DNA of 62,674 nucleotides, counting the filler, from Phoronis australis (lineage: Eukaryota > Animalia > Phoronida): the NCBI GenBank assembly GCA_002633005.1. It is 6 parts of 6 records of this genome, joined end to end, with 100 filler letters (N's around TTAATTAATTAA, not from the genome) between each part and the next. Parts side by side here need not be neighbours in the genome. Positions count along the whole stretch, not along the records: positions 25,101 to 41,366 come from NMRA01000033.1; positions 41,467 to 48,889 come from NMRA01000032.1; positions 48,990 to 52,193 come from NMRA01000459.1; 3 more parts are not named here. One strand, 5' to 3'. Position numbers and translations under genes: made by a program. Of the stretch, positions 37,061 to 49,934 are shown one piece after another (within the stretch, counting starts at the first letter, position 1; each line of letters starts with the position of its first letter). The notes beneath the pieces are model-generated. The model saw nothing but the letters and a program-made list of their open reading frames with translations. It ran no database searches and was not told the DNA's origin.

Positions 37061-39756
37061 AAAAAAGTTTAGGAACTGCAACTGGCATAAATCCGATCAA
37101 ATTTTTAGAGACATAGCTTCACACCAATATAACTGTTTTTCAACACAAATAATAGCACAGTGTGAATCCGTTGCACGGTGTAGTTCTTGTCCACACAGCT
37201 TGGTTAATTAGAATAGACCAGAAGTAACGACCTTATCCGATTTCAGCCGAGAAAATTCTGAGAACATGTAGTGGTTACATAACCGTGCGTGATGTCAGAC
37301 CACGGAGACAGCTGTGTATTGCAATGGCTATAGGCAGTCAACCCTCCAAAATTTTGCTTGCTTCATATAATAATTCCTCTTAACTCCATATGTTGGCATA
37401 ACTAAATTGTTTTTGCCAACGAGGTGTAAAGACCAGTGTATCACAGATAATAAAGCCTAATACAAAATAATACAGTTTTCATTTTTTTTCATTTTCAGCA
37501 GTGAGTAGGAAGGATGTTACCTTTCACCCGATCCAAACAATTGACTCAAATTTCGCCACCAAAATTGCAATAAATGTGCACTGCTTAATCCGATTTTGAT
37601 TATTTTTATTGAGTGGGATGCATTATCTTTCCGATTATATTGAAGTATTTTTGCGAATCGAATAAAATGGTTGGACAGCCCTACTCTTACTGTTCATTCA
37701 GTCCAGCTACATGTAGCGATCGACTAGGCTAAAATTCATTGGAATACAACGTCGGGTATCGAGCATCAAGCTATTCAGCACATCCATCTACAAACACTTA
37801 CCGGTATAATGCAAAAACTGTAATTCAAGAGAAAAGCAATCTACTGGCTACTTCTAGCACTAATCCTTTCCGACAGTGTCCGTCGATGCTATCCGCCGTT
37901 TTGAATGTTAGGTTGTCAAAACTAGCTCAAGGCCCACTAGCTTCTGGAAAGCGACGGCATGTACCGTTTCGAATACTCTCTAAAAGTTCACTCATCCTGG
38001 TTTACAACTATACTCGGATCCCAGGCTGTCGTTCTAGAAGCAGTCTATACAAAATATGGTCATAACATACTACCGAATGGGACGACTCTCCACTCGTGGA
38101 CTTCGCAGTCTTGTTACTTGCGATGCAGTCTTGGATCAGTGGGAAACTTGTGTAAAGATACCCCAGCTCTTGGCGTATTGCCACAATCTCCAACTACAAA
38201 ACGGTCAGGCATTCTTCTTTAAATAGTTACTCCAGTTTAAATATAAAAATCCGTCTAAATTTGAAAAAAGTACTCCTCTTGGCAGACAGCAATGGACACT
38301 GAGGACTCAGTCAGGCTGACTCTATAATGATCGGGTCAAGAGTCACATCCCTATTAACTACTGTAAAAATATGTTTATGGCAACACACACGACCATGTGC
38401 ATACGTGTCACATTTCAGAGAATTAATTGGCAAAAGATGCATAATAGATCGATTCTAACAAACAGATAGTCCCAGTACAAAACTATGGACAGACTCGGCA
38501 GTGATCGGATCAGGTTCCTGACGTGACGTGTTTCCGAAGATAGCCGAAGTTGAAACTTTTCTGCTTTCAAAATTTTTTGGGGAAGTGGGAGCGTATTTTA
38601 AACGAATAATAGAAGAATATAGGGTATGAAGTAAAAAGAAATGTCGTTCATAAGCAAACTTTATTAACTGTACACACGTGTGTATACATATTAACTACAA
38701 CTAAATAGCTTTAAACAAATCACTTTAAGTTATGATGTTTCAAAACATTTTTCTAGGTTCCTCCAGTCTGCGTGACGGCATCTGTTGAAGATCGTAGCGA
38801 AATTGATGGATGTTTTACTCCTAACAAGCTATAGGAAAACGTTAATTTATGAACTTATATCAATGTTTCGATTGCAACCACCTGTTATGTATTGTAATTA
38901 GTCCACTCAAAACTATTCTGGCACAAGAGAAGATGCTGTGTGACAAGGGTGCGTTCCGTAGGTGCAAGAATTTTTCGAGTAAAACTAGTGCGATTATGTG
39001 CTTCGCTTGCTTGAAATACATGGCAGTATTTTGCGTTTTGCGTTTAAGGAACGTAACCCTGTCTAAAGCCCATAACAGTACGCCCCACGTATTCTTTCAA
39101 GTTTTGCCAAATGAATTCAAGTTGTATGTTTTCGCCATTGGACACTGCAGTGAGTTTGAATACTAGCGTGTGTAGTAAGCCCGTTTAACACGAATAAGTC
39201 TCAGCAAGGATTTCATGTGCATCTACTGCTCAGTGCTTTCCACTCCCGCTCCCCTCCTACCCCCTCCCAATGCAACGCCCTCTTTGAAGTCCATTTATTG
39301 TTTCATGCTTTGGAAATTGAACACTTAATTTTAGTTCTCAAGTGAATGTTGCGAATACGGACTGAATGGAGCTCACTTCAATGCTTCAATAAGAATTGTC
39401 GCCGCCCCTTGTTTATTGTATCTGGGTTTGAAGTGTCTTCGGCTTGACCACGTTAGTGCTGCGTGGGAATTGAAGCCAAATTCCTGGATCCGCCCTGGTT
39501 TGGGAAATGAATTTGCGCCTTACTGGTATAGATACCGGCACTATTTTCATCAAAGTCATAAGATAAGCGTTTAGAATGTTTGCGCGTTTACTGTTTTGCC
39601 GGTAGTTTTTGATGCTTTTCTTGTGAAAAGTCGCGTCTATTTTGTTGATTATAGGTTTTAAGTGATTAAGATATAATGGTTATCTTGCGTTTAAGAATAT
39701 AGCGATGATTCATTTAACTTCCTTAATTAATTTGATATTTTCTATTTCTCATTTAG

Positions 39757-39791
39757 ATACAAGATAAAATACTGCGAATGTTCACGGGCAG
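39757..39791 (+). CDS. Small internal exon candidate (35 nt; IQDKILRMFTG in phase 0)
   Basis: Pyrimidine-rich acceptor TTTTCTATTTCTCATTTAG and consensus CAG|GTAAGT donor. The reading frame is uncertain. Confidence 0.45.
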
Positions 39792-40757
39792 GTAAGTTCT
39801 TCCTCGGAATTAAGAGAATCAGTTTAGCATATACCAAATAACGCATATCATGATAGTGTATACATACCGGCAGTTACTGGCAACATAATTTAGCGGGGTC
39901 TGCTCTCCATATTTCACTTTCATTAATATGTAAATTTAAACCCAAACTTCCAACGTTTGACGAAGATAAAACGTAACCATGGTTTAAGAACTAAAGTTAT
40001 GAGGGGCTCTATCGGCGTTCTGAAATGTCTCCTGCTATAGTGTTTAACTCGGTGAAAGTATTATTTTCTGAAAGTAGAGAACATGCAGATTTGGAAGTTA
40101 GACAAACTGGCAAAAATGGGTCGCGTGACCATGTATTTTAGTAAAATTCAGTAAAAAAGTTAGATTAGCAAAACAACGGTATCAATGCATTGATCAAATT
40201 TCATTTGATATACATGTAAGTATTCAAGATAAGATGAAATATCAAATGCACGCTGTTACGGATTCCTTAAATATCGTTTTGTTTTCGTTTGAGTGATGCA
40301 ACTGTTGCGGTGTTACATTAAAATCGTAAAACTCGTTTTTTCGATATAACTTCATGCAAAAGGAGAACATTTTAAAAATAATCAGTATATAAAAATATGT
40401 TACATATGTAAATGTTTTCAGATTTGTGTTGATTAGGTCACGTGATGTGACCAACAGATGCAGATCAAACTTGAAAATCTTGCAATTCCTAACTGTGTTT
40501 TGGAGAAAAGTGTATGAAGCATACTTTGTGAAAGTTTCATATAACTGTGATCAGCTCTTTTATAATACGAGTTACAATGCAAACATGGAGCAGACGTCAA
40601 CTCAAAGTAAAAACGCGCCCTCTATAAGAAGTAGCAAGACTCTTTACTGCGTGATTTTTTCTTTTACAAACTGTACTTCATAATAATATATTTTGTTTTC
40701 AATTGAAGCATTTTCATATCAATTCATTTAATATTTTCTCCTTGTTTTTGTCTGCAG

Positions 40758-40806
40758 TGGAATTAAAAATCCTGTCCACGGCGGCGTTACGTTTCGTTTC
40801 AGCTAA
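40758..40806 (+). CDS. Terminal exon candidate (GIKNPVHGGVTFRFS*)
   Basis: Strong acceptor TTTTCTCCTTGTTTTTGTCTGCAG, phase-compatible with the 39757 exon, AATAAA at 40964. Confidence 0.4.
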
Positions 40807-41466
40807 ACCGCAAGCAAGAATGGGTATTGAAAATGCTTATGGACACTGGAAAGACTAAAGCAGATTGACATCGACAATACAGTCACGTGCTCTTGATTTC
40901 TGCATGAAATCATGTCATATCAGGGTTGTTATAGCACCCATCTTAATTGTACTTTGAATAAGAAATAAAACTAGATGTTGCGACTTAATTAGTTTGGTTA
41001 TAAGTTTTGAAAAGTATTATCATTGTTCATGCAGAGGAAGTATTGACTGTCGATATAGTCGGTGGGCCAGATTTTGTAGGGCCTCTAGAAAATGGTTTTT
41101 GTGAGTACTTTAGGGGGGCAATTTTATTTTGGTGTTTTTTTTATTTATTTATTAGAGTGTTTTCAAAATCTAAAAAGTTCCCACATATGAAGTTGCACAT
41201 TTTTGAGAAATTTGAGTTTGAAGTTACCTAATAATCACCAAAGAGCTTAGTAAACTTATATTTGTAAAAACAACAGTTTTGGTGACTTTTTTGTAAAACA
41301 AGTAATATGGTCCCATCAGTGCCATTGTATTGAACAATATTACACTCACATTACATGTTTTACTATNNNNNNNNNNNNNNNNNNNNNNNNNNNNNNNNNN
41401 NNNNNNNNNNTTAATTAATTAANNNNNNNNNNNNNNNNNNNNNNNNNNNNNNNNNNNNNNNNNNNN

Positions 41467-42545
41467 TGAACATGCCCCACAGCCGCCATCTTGAAGGTGA
41501 CTTCCGGTTCAATAATTTTTTATAAAAGCTTATTAAACTCAACGAACACGTGACCAGTTTGAAAGTGATTGGTTTGCAATTGCGCCCTCTACAGGAGAAA
41601 ACGATTTTAGCCCTATTTCGGGGTGCGCATGCGCCACGTCCAATATTTCCGCCATCTTTAACCGGAAGTCAACGATTTTCAGCACAATTGTAGCACATGC
41701 GTTCTAGTATATTCGTACCGATTTTCAGCCATGTAGGACTCGAAAATCGTACAAATGACCACTAGATGGCACAAAATGCATCGAATCCCTCCAAAAACAG
41801 GAGGATAGTGCCACTTCGTTAACTAACTACCACTAGGCGGCGCCACAGTAGTCGAATCATCACTTAGAACGTACACACCAATGTTCAAAACCATGTTCCT
41901 TAGAATGGTTTGGCTGATAGAGGGATGGATGCTAAAAAAGAGACTCGAAAATAGCAAAAATGGCCACTAGGTGGTGCAAACTCAAATACATACAAAAACC
42001 GGAGAACAGCGTTATCTCACCAATACATTCTTATATGAAAAATTTTGTATCTGTTGACGATCTTAAAATACAGAGGTAAACAAAAAACTTAAATTGACAC
42101 TAGGGGGTACACCGGTAGTCAGATTCGTCCAAAAGTTACCATCATCCGTTATCAACATCATATACAACACTTGCTAAATTTAGTAAAGATTCTGCAAACG
42201 GTTTAAGAGATATCGCCATGGGCTCAAAAAAAAACAAAACTGCCACCAAGAGGTGCCACAGTAGTCAAAGTCATCGGACAGTCATTATTAGATGGCGCAA
42301 GCCTCGAATACATCCAAAAACAAGAGGATAGAGTCACCTCATTAATAGATGTCTATGTGTCAAATTTCATGAAAATCGGTTGAGGACCTTTGAAGATACA
42401 GAGGTAAACGTAAAAAATTAAAATTGCCACTACGGGTCACAGCGGTATTCGGCCAGTCCGAAACTCGTCGCACTCTGTCGTCAACCCATAGGAACACAGT
42501 GCCAAATTTCAATCAGATACTTCAAGGGGTTCAGGAGATACAGCC
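41467..42545. repeat. Internally repetitive non-autonomous element (Helentron/HINE-like motifs) rich in CTCF-like and YY1-like sites
   Basis: Recurrent CAAATTT..GA..ATC motifs, CCACTAG(A/G)(T/C)GG(C/T)(G/A)C variants, and GCCGCCATCTT at ~41483 and ~41649. Confidence 0.5.
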
Positions 42546-45500
42546 GCAGATTCCAGTGGGCCAGCAAGACTGCATCATGCAAGGTAAGTATCCTGCACAG
42601 TTGAAGGTGAAAGCTCAGGAAGTGAAGATTGTGGTCTCATGACTGTATGTGCAGAAAAAGCTGTGATATAATTCTAATGCAATATTGTATTACATTGTAT
42701 CAACACCTGACTGCTGGGTAAAGTGGAAGCTCTTGAGTCATAAAACTGAGTTACCATAAACAAGATTTGGACAGACTTGTGAAACCACTATTTTGTAGTC
42801 AACAATTCACAACACTGACTGCTGCTATGGACAACTAATGGTTTAATTTAATAATTTAAACCCTCTTTGTGAAGTAATGCATGTCTCATTGGAATTTGAT
42901 TCCAGAGATTCTCCTTTCCAATCGAGCACCAAAGCTCGCCACTAACTCAAAAGTGATTTTATGTCATGAGTATGCTTACGTTACATTGTCTAAATAATGG
43001 TAAACCACCACTGGCCACTGTAATCCACCAAGTGAATAACAACTTGCATCAAGGCATCACAAATTCCCCTATCGTGCTATTGTCCAAAAAGTGTGCTTTC
43101 ACTGAAAATGCTCACATTAATTCACTGAATTTCAACACGTCATAAAAGGGTAATCGACTACTAAACTACTAATGAGCTCTAACAGTGCGGCCTTACCGAG
43201 TAAGCGAAAATCCTTTTCATTTGAGTGAAATCAGCCGGGTGAAGGCTATCCAGCCACGAGCTGTCCACATGGTCCTGGCACAGAACAGATTTGGGCAAGT
43301 ATGTTGACACTTTTGTGTTTATGAATTCATTGAGAATAGTGGTGTTCATTGGCCGAAATTGCAAGTGTCAAGCGAAAAAATAAAATAATGTATGCTGCAC
43401 TTAACGACCTGAGTTAATTGACTATTCTCAACCGTGTTTCAGTTGAGAGTGCTTAGAGCTACACACATGTCAGTCTCAAAGGCACGAGCCAGTCAATCAA
43501 AAACTGCAAAGGTATCGCCTAATACTAACTATTAGCTTAGTTCATCATTTAAAAAATACCAACCATTTTGAAAGGGGATGAGTGTAGTTGACCAAATATG
43601 TGTAATAGAGGAATAAAATATGTTTGAGTTAAACAGACAGTGAATGTGACTGAGTAGAACATTATTCTTTATTTAGTGTTGGGACACAAAATCAACGCAA
43701 AGTCAAGTCTTTTCAAACGACCATATGTTGCACATGCGATTTTGAGAACCCATGTAGGTCATGTCTATGACAAGAGGCCCCGGGGGTGGAACATTGTTAA
43801 TAGTGGGGGATTAGGTGTAATCTTATGCTTGACTACACATTGGGATGCAGTGCAAATTTCAGTGAAGAATATTGTGTCTTCAAACAGACGGCCACCAGTC
43901 AAGGCGTCGCCCTGACTGATATTCATGGGGAGTCCGGGAGAGGTGTAATTAATCTATTGTTGGGGTTTGTCCTGTTGTTATAATATTGAAATGTAAAGAC
44001 TTGTGGAGTCTCAGATAGGACTAATCATATACTTCGTAAAGAGGAACTGTTTGTTTAAAGTGACCACAAGCTGTATATACAGGTGTCAGTGCGTAGCTGC
44101 TGGTCATGGGGAGTTGGGTAGAGCTAGGGGTTCTGTTTTGCTGTTACTGCATAGAAATGTATAGATTTGTTGATGATCACAGACTTTGTAGAGTGTCATT
44201 ACATGTGAGTTCACTAAGTTAACTTCAGAGAGACCACAAGCTCCATCCTAGATCAACACACAATAGCTAACACTTCGATATGACATACACATTCGACTTC
44301 TGTCAATGCCAGAAATTTGTAACATTCTTGATCCGCTAGGTGACGCTTTGCACCATGTCTCTAACGAATCATAACAATGCATAGTAAGGTTAAAGGTCAG
44401 GAAGCTTGGGCGCTACGTGATCCCGTGATCCGACTGAAGTCAGTATAGTCTGAAGAGCAACACTTGCCAAGTTTACAATAACAGTCTTTGGAATTTCTGG
44501 AATTCCACACTCTACAGTATGACAGTGCTAGCTGGGTCATTGGGGTCATAGCTCCTACAGCTGACACTCAAAAACCGTAATAAGCATTTTTAAAAGGGAA
44601 TTCATGGGACTTGCATGTTTAATAAAGCAGATTTATTGTTTGTAACATCACATCTACAAACAAGAATGTACAGTATATAGGGCCTACCTCAACTGTGCAC
44701 GATAACAAATTTATGACTGGTGCAGTCGCTTGCTAAAGTCTGTTTTGAAGTTCATCTTGGTGTGCAAAAACTTGAAACACGGGTGGGGACACAAAGCTAT
44801 TCTGTGAAAAAGTCCCAAAAATATCTAGTTCTGAATGAGTTCCATCATGTTTCAGAGGCTTTGTATTATGCGCGAAGGGCGTGAGCCAAGCATCGTCGTA
44901 GGCCCTTCCAACATGCAAATGAACATTCCCACTAAATAAGATTGGTCCTAACCCCAGTGGTAAAGGTAAACGGTGGGGTATGGAAAATTGAACTAGACCG
45001 TATTTATCCACCTTGGCTGAGTCGCGCTCGGCTCACGATCAAAGAGATGCCGCCAAGCTGCTCTAGTCATCGAGTCACGAGCGAGGATAATTGGCTTCGC
45101 TCATGCGGATATGATCAGCTGATTACAATCTAGCTAGCAGACTGTACTTTTTAAGGAGAGAGTTTTACGTAGTTTTTACTGTAATATTTGAAAAGAGGAG
45201 CGAAAACAAATATGAGTACAACTTTGAATTTTTCAAATCGGCCCAGGATAAGAGATTTTGCAACACAGCAACACTCACGATTACTTTCATTCGGCGCGCA
45301 CTAATACAAAAATATAGGANNNNNNNNNNNNNNNNNNNNNNNNNNNNNNNNNNNNNNNNNNNNNNNNNNNNNNNNNNNNNNNNNNNNNNNNNNNNNNNNN
45401 NNNNNNNNNNNNNNNNNNNNNNNNNNNNNNNNNNNNNNNNNNNNNNNNNNNNNNNNNNNNNNNNNNNNNNNNNNNNNNNNNNNNNNNNNNNNNNNNNNNN

Positions 45501-46083
45501 NNNNNNNNNNNNNNNNNNNNNNNNNNNNNNNNNNNNNNNNNNNNNNNNNNNNNNNNNNNNNNNNNNNNNNNNNNNNNNNNNNNNNNNNNNNNNNNNNNNN
45601 NNNNNNNNNNNNNNNNNNNNNNNNNNNNNNNNNNNNNNNNNNNNNNNNNNNNNNNNNNNNNNNNNNNNNNNNNNNNNNNNNNNNNNNNNNNNNNNNNNNN
45701 NNNNNNNNNNNNNNNNNNNNNNNNNNNNNNNNNNNNNNNNNNNNNNNNNNNNNNNNNNNNNNNNNNNNNNNNNNNNNNNNNNNNNNNNNNNNNNNNNNNN
45801 NNNNNNNNNNNNNNNNNNNNNNNNNNNNNNNNNNNNNNNNNNNNNNNNNNNNNNNNNNNNNNNNNNNNNNNNNNNNNNNNNNNNNNNNNNNNNNNNNNNN
45901 NNNNNNNNNNNNNNNNNNNNNNNNNNNNNNNNNNNNNNNNNNNNNNNNNNNNNNNNNNNNNNNNNNNNNNNNNNNNNNNNNNNNNNNNNNNNNNNNNNNN
46001 NNNNNNNNNNNNNNNNNNNNNNNNNNNNNNNNNNNNNNNNNNNNNNNNNNNNNNNNNNNNNNNNNNNNNNNNNNNNNNNNNNN

Positions 46084-46780
46084 ATTATCATTTTATGGCC
46101 TGGTCATCCATTCAGCCAAAAGTAGTTCCAGAGGTGGCTTATCAGCCAATTATTCACGCATGCTGACTCACAATAGAAGCCTGATAAGAGTGAAGGTGGA
46201 TAAATGGGGTGTTCCTACAGTTTCTTGTTTTAGTGGATGTGTTCACGACATGTAGTGGACGTGTTCACGGCATGAAGTTCAGCTTCAGGGACCGGTAACT
46301 CCTCCAAAATTGCACTGAGATCCGAATCGATAGAATCTGCATTACTTGTGACTGTTGTATTAGGTTCCCAGTCATTGTCACCGTCACTTTCGAGTGCCAA
46401 TTCCAGCTCATTTTCACTATCTGAGTCCATGAACACTTCCTCAAGAAACTGGTCAACAGCCATCTTACCACGCTTGGCACCAGCCAAGATAAAACTTGCG
46501 TAAACTAGCTTTCAAATATCTCGGCAACAACTCACCACAGCCATATGTTGTAAATCAGAAAATTGTACAGGAAACTATGAACTGTGGAATGTGCATGCTC
46601 ACATATATCAACAGCATACGGGGCTTTCACAATTTCTGAATGAAAAACACTAGTGTCCTGGGGTGAGTACACCCTCCTTGCGCAGGCTAGCCGTAGCTTA
46701 AAATAGGTGATTGAGTACACCGACGCATTTTAATAGGATAACTGGCTTGTCGGCTGACCTCGCCTAGCGCAGGATAAGGG
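46084..46780 (-). mobile_element. piggyBac-like element 5' end (degenerate transposase N-terminus)
   Basis: Terminus CCC (46780) next to TTAA (46781-46784). Acidic N-terminus MAVDQFLEEVFMDSDSENE..SDGDNDWEP is typical of piggyBac transposases. The remainder is lost in the gap. Confidence 0.65.
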
Positions 46781-47338
46781 TTAATTACGTCTGAGAATGA
46801 CAGACAAAGCGGATCAACATTGTCGGACAAAGGATGGTCACGTGGCCTCCTGGCATAAAGATTTTCTGTACAAGCACTAGTTTTCTATTCTGGAGTGATA
46901 AGTTTTCAGTCTTGACAAGATAAATTATAGATCCTGGTATGATAAATTCTGGTTGATTTGTTTTTTAGGGTCCTGAAGATATTTCAATTCTTAGAATACA
47001 AAATATGTGTCCTGGAAATTATTTCCACTATGAGCACTGCACATTCATGGAACAAACTAGTCCCTGAAAATCTCCAGCATAACTGGTCCAACAACTGCAT
47101 ACATACATCTGCACTTGTCTCAGGATAGGAGCCGAAACCACTACAAAGTACAGCTTTTAATGCTATATTGGTGGTCTGCTACTAAAGCTTGTAATGTTGC
47201 TAATGACAAAGCACCTACGTCATGTACAGCAAAACAGACAACTCAATACACTGGTGTGATGACTTGTGGATTTTCAACTCAAAATATGGTTCATGTTGAT
47301 ACCCAGTCAAACAAATTGCATTAGACAAAACTACTCAC

Positions 47339-47766
47339 CACATAGCTGGAGCATATCTGTCACACCATTTTAACCTTCTTTCAAGCTCTTCACCTTCTTC
47401 ACTGGATTGATCACTATCCATTACTCCTGGGTCCACATGTATACCTCCATCCCGTCCTGACTTTTCACTGGGCTGGTCTTTATCCATTATTCCTGGGACC
47501 AGCAGTGTACCTCCATCATGTCCACCATCTTCACTATGCTGGTCTTTATCCATTATTCCTGAGACCAGCAGTGTACCTCCATCATGTCCACCATCTTCAC
47601 TAGGCTGGTCTTTATCCATTATTCCTGGGACCAGCTGTGTACCTCCATCATGTCCAACATCTTCACTAGGCTGGTCTTTATCCATTATTCCTGGGACCAG
47701 CTGTGTACCTCCATCACGTCCACCTCTGTAATGTCCACCATCTTCCGGACTCTTGTCACTATCCAT
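47339..47766 (-). CDS. Coding part of an exon (47339-47824) with ~5 tandem 21-aa acidic Gly/Asp repeats; unknown product
   Basis: Acceptor CTTCATTACAG at 47825, AAAGATGG start, 63-bp repeat (PGIMDKDQPSEDGGHDGGTQL/LV) with the frame kept, GTGAGT donor at 47338 (phase 2). Confidence 0.55.
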
Positions 47767-48439
47767 CTTTAGTGAAGTTACTTCGAGTTGAGATTAAGCA
47801 TATCCCTCTCAAAAGAAAGAGCACCTGTAATGAAGCACATGATTTATTTAGTTACAAAACTTGTGCGTTGTACAACGACAGTTCGACATTCTGTCTGAAT
47901 TCTAATTGTGATGTAGGCGCTCCACTCGCTGAGCATAAACAATTTACAGATGTTGAAAATAACAAAGCATCATCCAAGTGACTTAACTTCATCATATCAG
48001 TCTTCAGGACCAATTAGCTTCACTTAAGAACCAACAGTCAAGTAAGTGGGCAGGCTATGTACACTTACAGCCGATTTCATAAACTTAGGTGGTTTTTAAC
48101 AAAACCAACTTAAACCTCAGGTCTTCATAAACATGGTAGAACATTAAACATAACTTGCATTTCAACAACATGGTTTAAAAGTCTGGAAGTCTGGTTTTGT
48201 TAGCCCAGGGAGCAGGTTCAGTAAACTCAGGTTTAAAGTCTCCAAGTAACACTACTGTTTTGATCTGGATTAACCCAACAAAGAAACTACTGAAGTGCTT
48301 CAATGAAACCTTGATCATGTGGGTACACAATGGCACACAGCAGTAGAATCAGTGCAGACATTAAAAAAGGTCTAAAAGCTTTTCTTGTGAGGAAAAATAT
48401 TCCCTCACATAACTGATCAGAAAAAAGCTATCGTAATAG

Positions 48440-48770
48440 AGAACAAAAATGAAAGCGCTCCGAGGAGCGAACCTTGGCGAAATTAACCAAAAAGATGACG
48501 ATAAAGATGATGACGAAGATGACGAATATGACGAAGATGGTGGTGAGGATGAACAAAAGAAGTTAATAACATACACATGACGAACGTAGGAGTCCGAAAT
48601 CAGTAAGAAAAAGGCTAGTCTTGAGCGACACTTGGCGAAATTAAGGAAAAGACGGAGATGATGACGAAGATGATGACGATGATGACGAATATGATGATGT
48701 TGGTGGCGATGATGAACAACATCACAACATTCATATGACGAATTTAGATGTCATAAATCATTAAGAAATA
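48440..48770. repeat. Two ~157-bp units with (GAT/GAC)n microsatellite
   Basis: GAGCGA..CTTGGCGAAATTAA..AAAAGA followed by GATGAC runs, twice. Confidence 0.7.
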
Positions 48771-48989
48771 GGCTGCAGTCTAGTTCAATTGAAGCTAAAC
48801 CAACCTGAATGCAGCAAGAGCGTTCAACAAAGGAACAGCGTTATCAGTAAATCTCAAATAACTCAAAAAGTAGACATCGTAGAGAAAAANNNNNNNNNNN
48901 NNNNNNNNNNNNNNNNNNNNNNNNNNNNNNNNNTTAATTAATTAANNNNNNNNNNNNNNNNNNNNNNNNNNNNNNNNNNNNNNNNNNNN

Positions 48990-49599
48990 AAACCTACTTC
49001 TTTTTGTAATGCTTATTACACGTTTTATATTTTGTGCAATCGGTTCGTAACAAATTTTGCTGTATTTAAAATAGTCTTCAATTTCCCAAAAGACCAAATC
49101 CGTTTTACGTGTTGGCAATAATGACGGGATTGCTTTGGAAATCGTCTTAAGTTAAGGTTTGACAAAGAGAGAATTATGAGTTTCTGAGTGATTCACTAAG
49201 GCTTCGATTAAAATTTGCATCTTACTAGCAGCTTCTGTTTTTTCGTTACTCAGGTTCCATTTTCTTTAAAAATTGAAGTAATTTCAGTTCTTCATTGCAC
49301 AGTGGAGCAGACGACGGAAACGGAGTCGTAGTCTGCAGCGCCACTGCCGGTCGCCTGGAATATCGCGAGAGAGCCTATACTTCGCCATAGTTCCGTTACG
49401 ATTGCGCCGTGTTCCGAATTTGACACTAGAAATTTGATCTGAGCCCCCCAACACAAACTGCACACATTTAAATCTTGTTTCATCCGTATAATTTTAATTA
49501 CCGGAGTTAATTAATAAACTCAACATTTCCCTACGCTCATGCTGTTTTACTTTTTTGCGGCAGGCAAGGGGGGGCGAGCCCCCCCTAAATCCGCCTATG
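48990..49599 (-). mobile_element. hAT-like MITE, same family as 13077
   Basis: Ends CCCCCCTAAATCCGCCTATG. Shares the TIR and an internal block with 13077-13200. Confidence 0.6.
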
Positions 49600-49934
49600 C
49601 ATCGCCACCACTTGCATACACCTTTATGCGTTGTACTTGTTTGGGCTTAAGCCACTGCATCGGGGTTCTCTTGATTTTGTTTACTTGTTTTAATAAAATA
49701 TAGTAACTAATCAAGTCAAAGGTGGTCGCCATACTCAGTAACTGTAATCTTTAACCAATGAGAAGCCAAGTTAAGCAACATTTGACTGTGCTACTTTTAC
49801 CACTGCATTTTCACGGCTACATCATCGCAGTAGGAAATATATGGAACAGGACTTCCTTGCTCATCAATTGAAGGTTTTTTTTTCGTATTTTTTTTCGTAA
49901 GGCATGTGATATGGTACATCCCACCGCACAGCAC

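Noticed and set aside
37739-38222. Overlapping 108-aa and 87-aa ORFs
   Set aside because: No recognisable domain or convincing splice sites. They cannot be supported without a search.
48361-48576. Poly-Ser ORF / Asp-rich frame
   Set aside because: Product of a (GAT/GAC) microsatellite inside a repeat.
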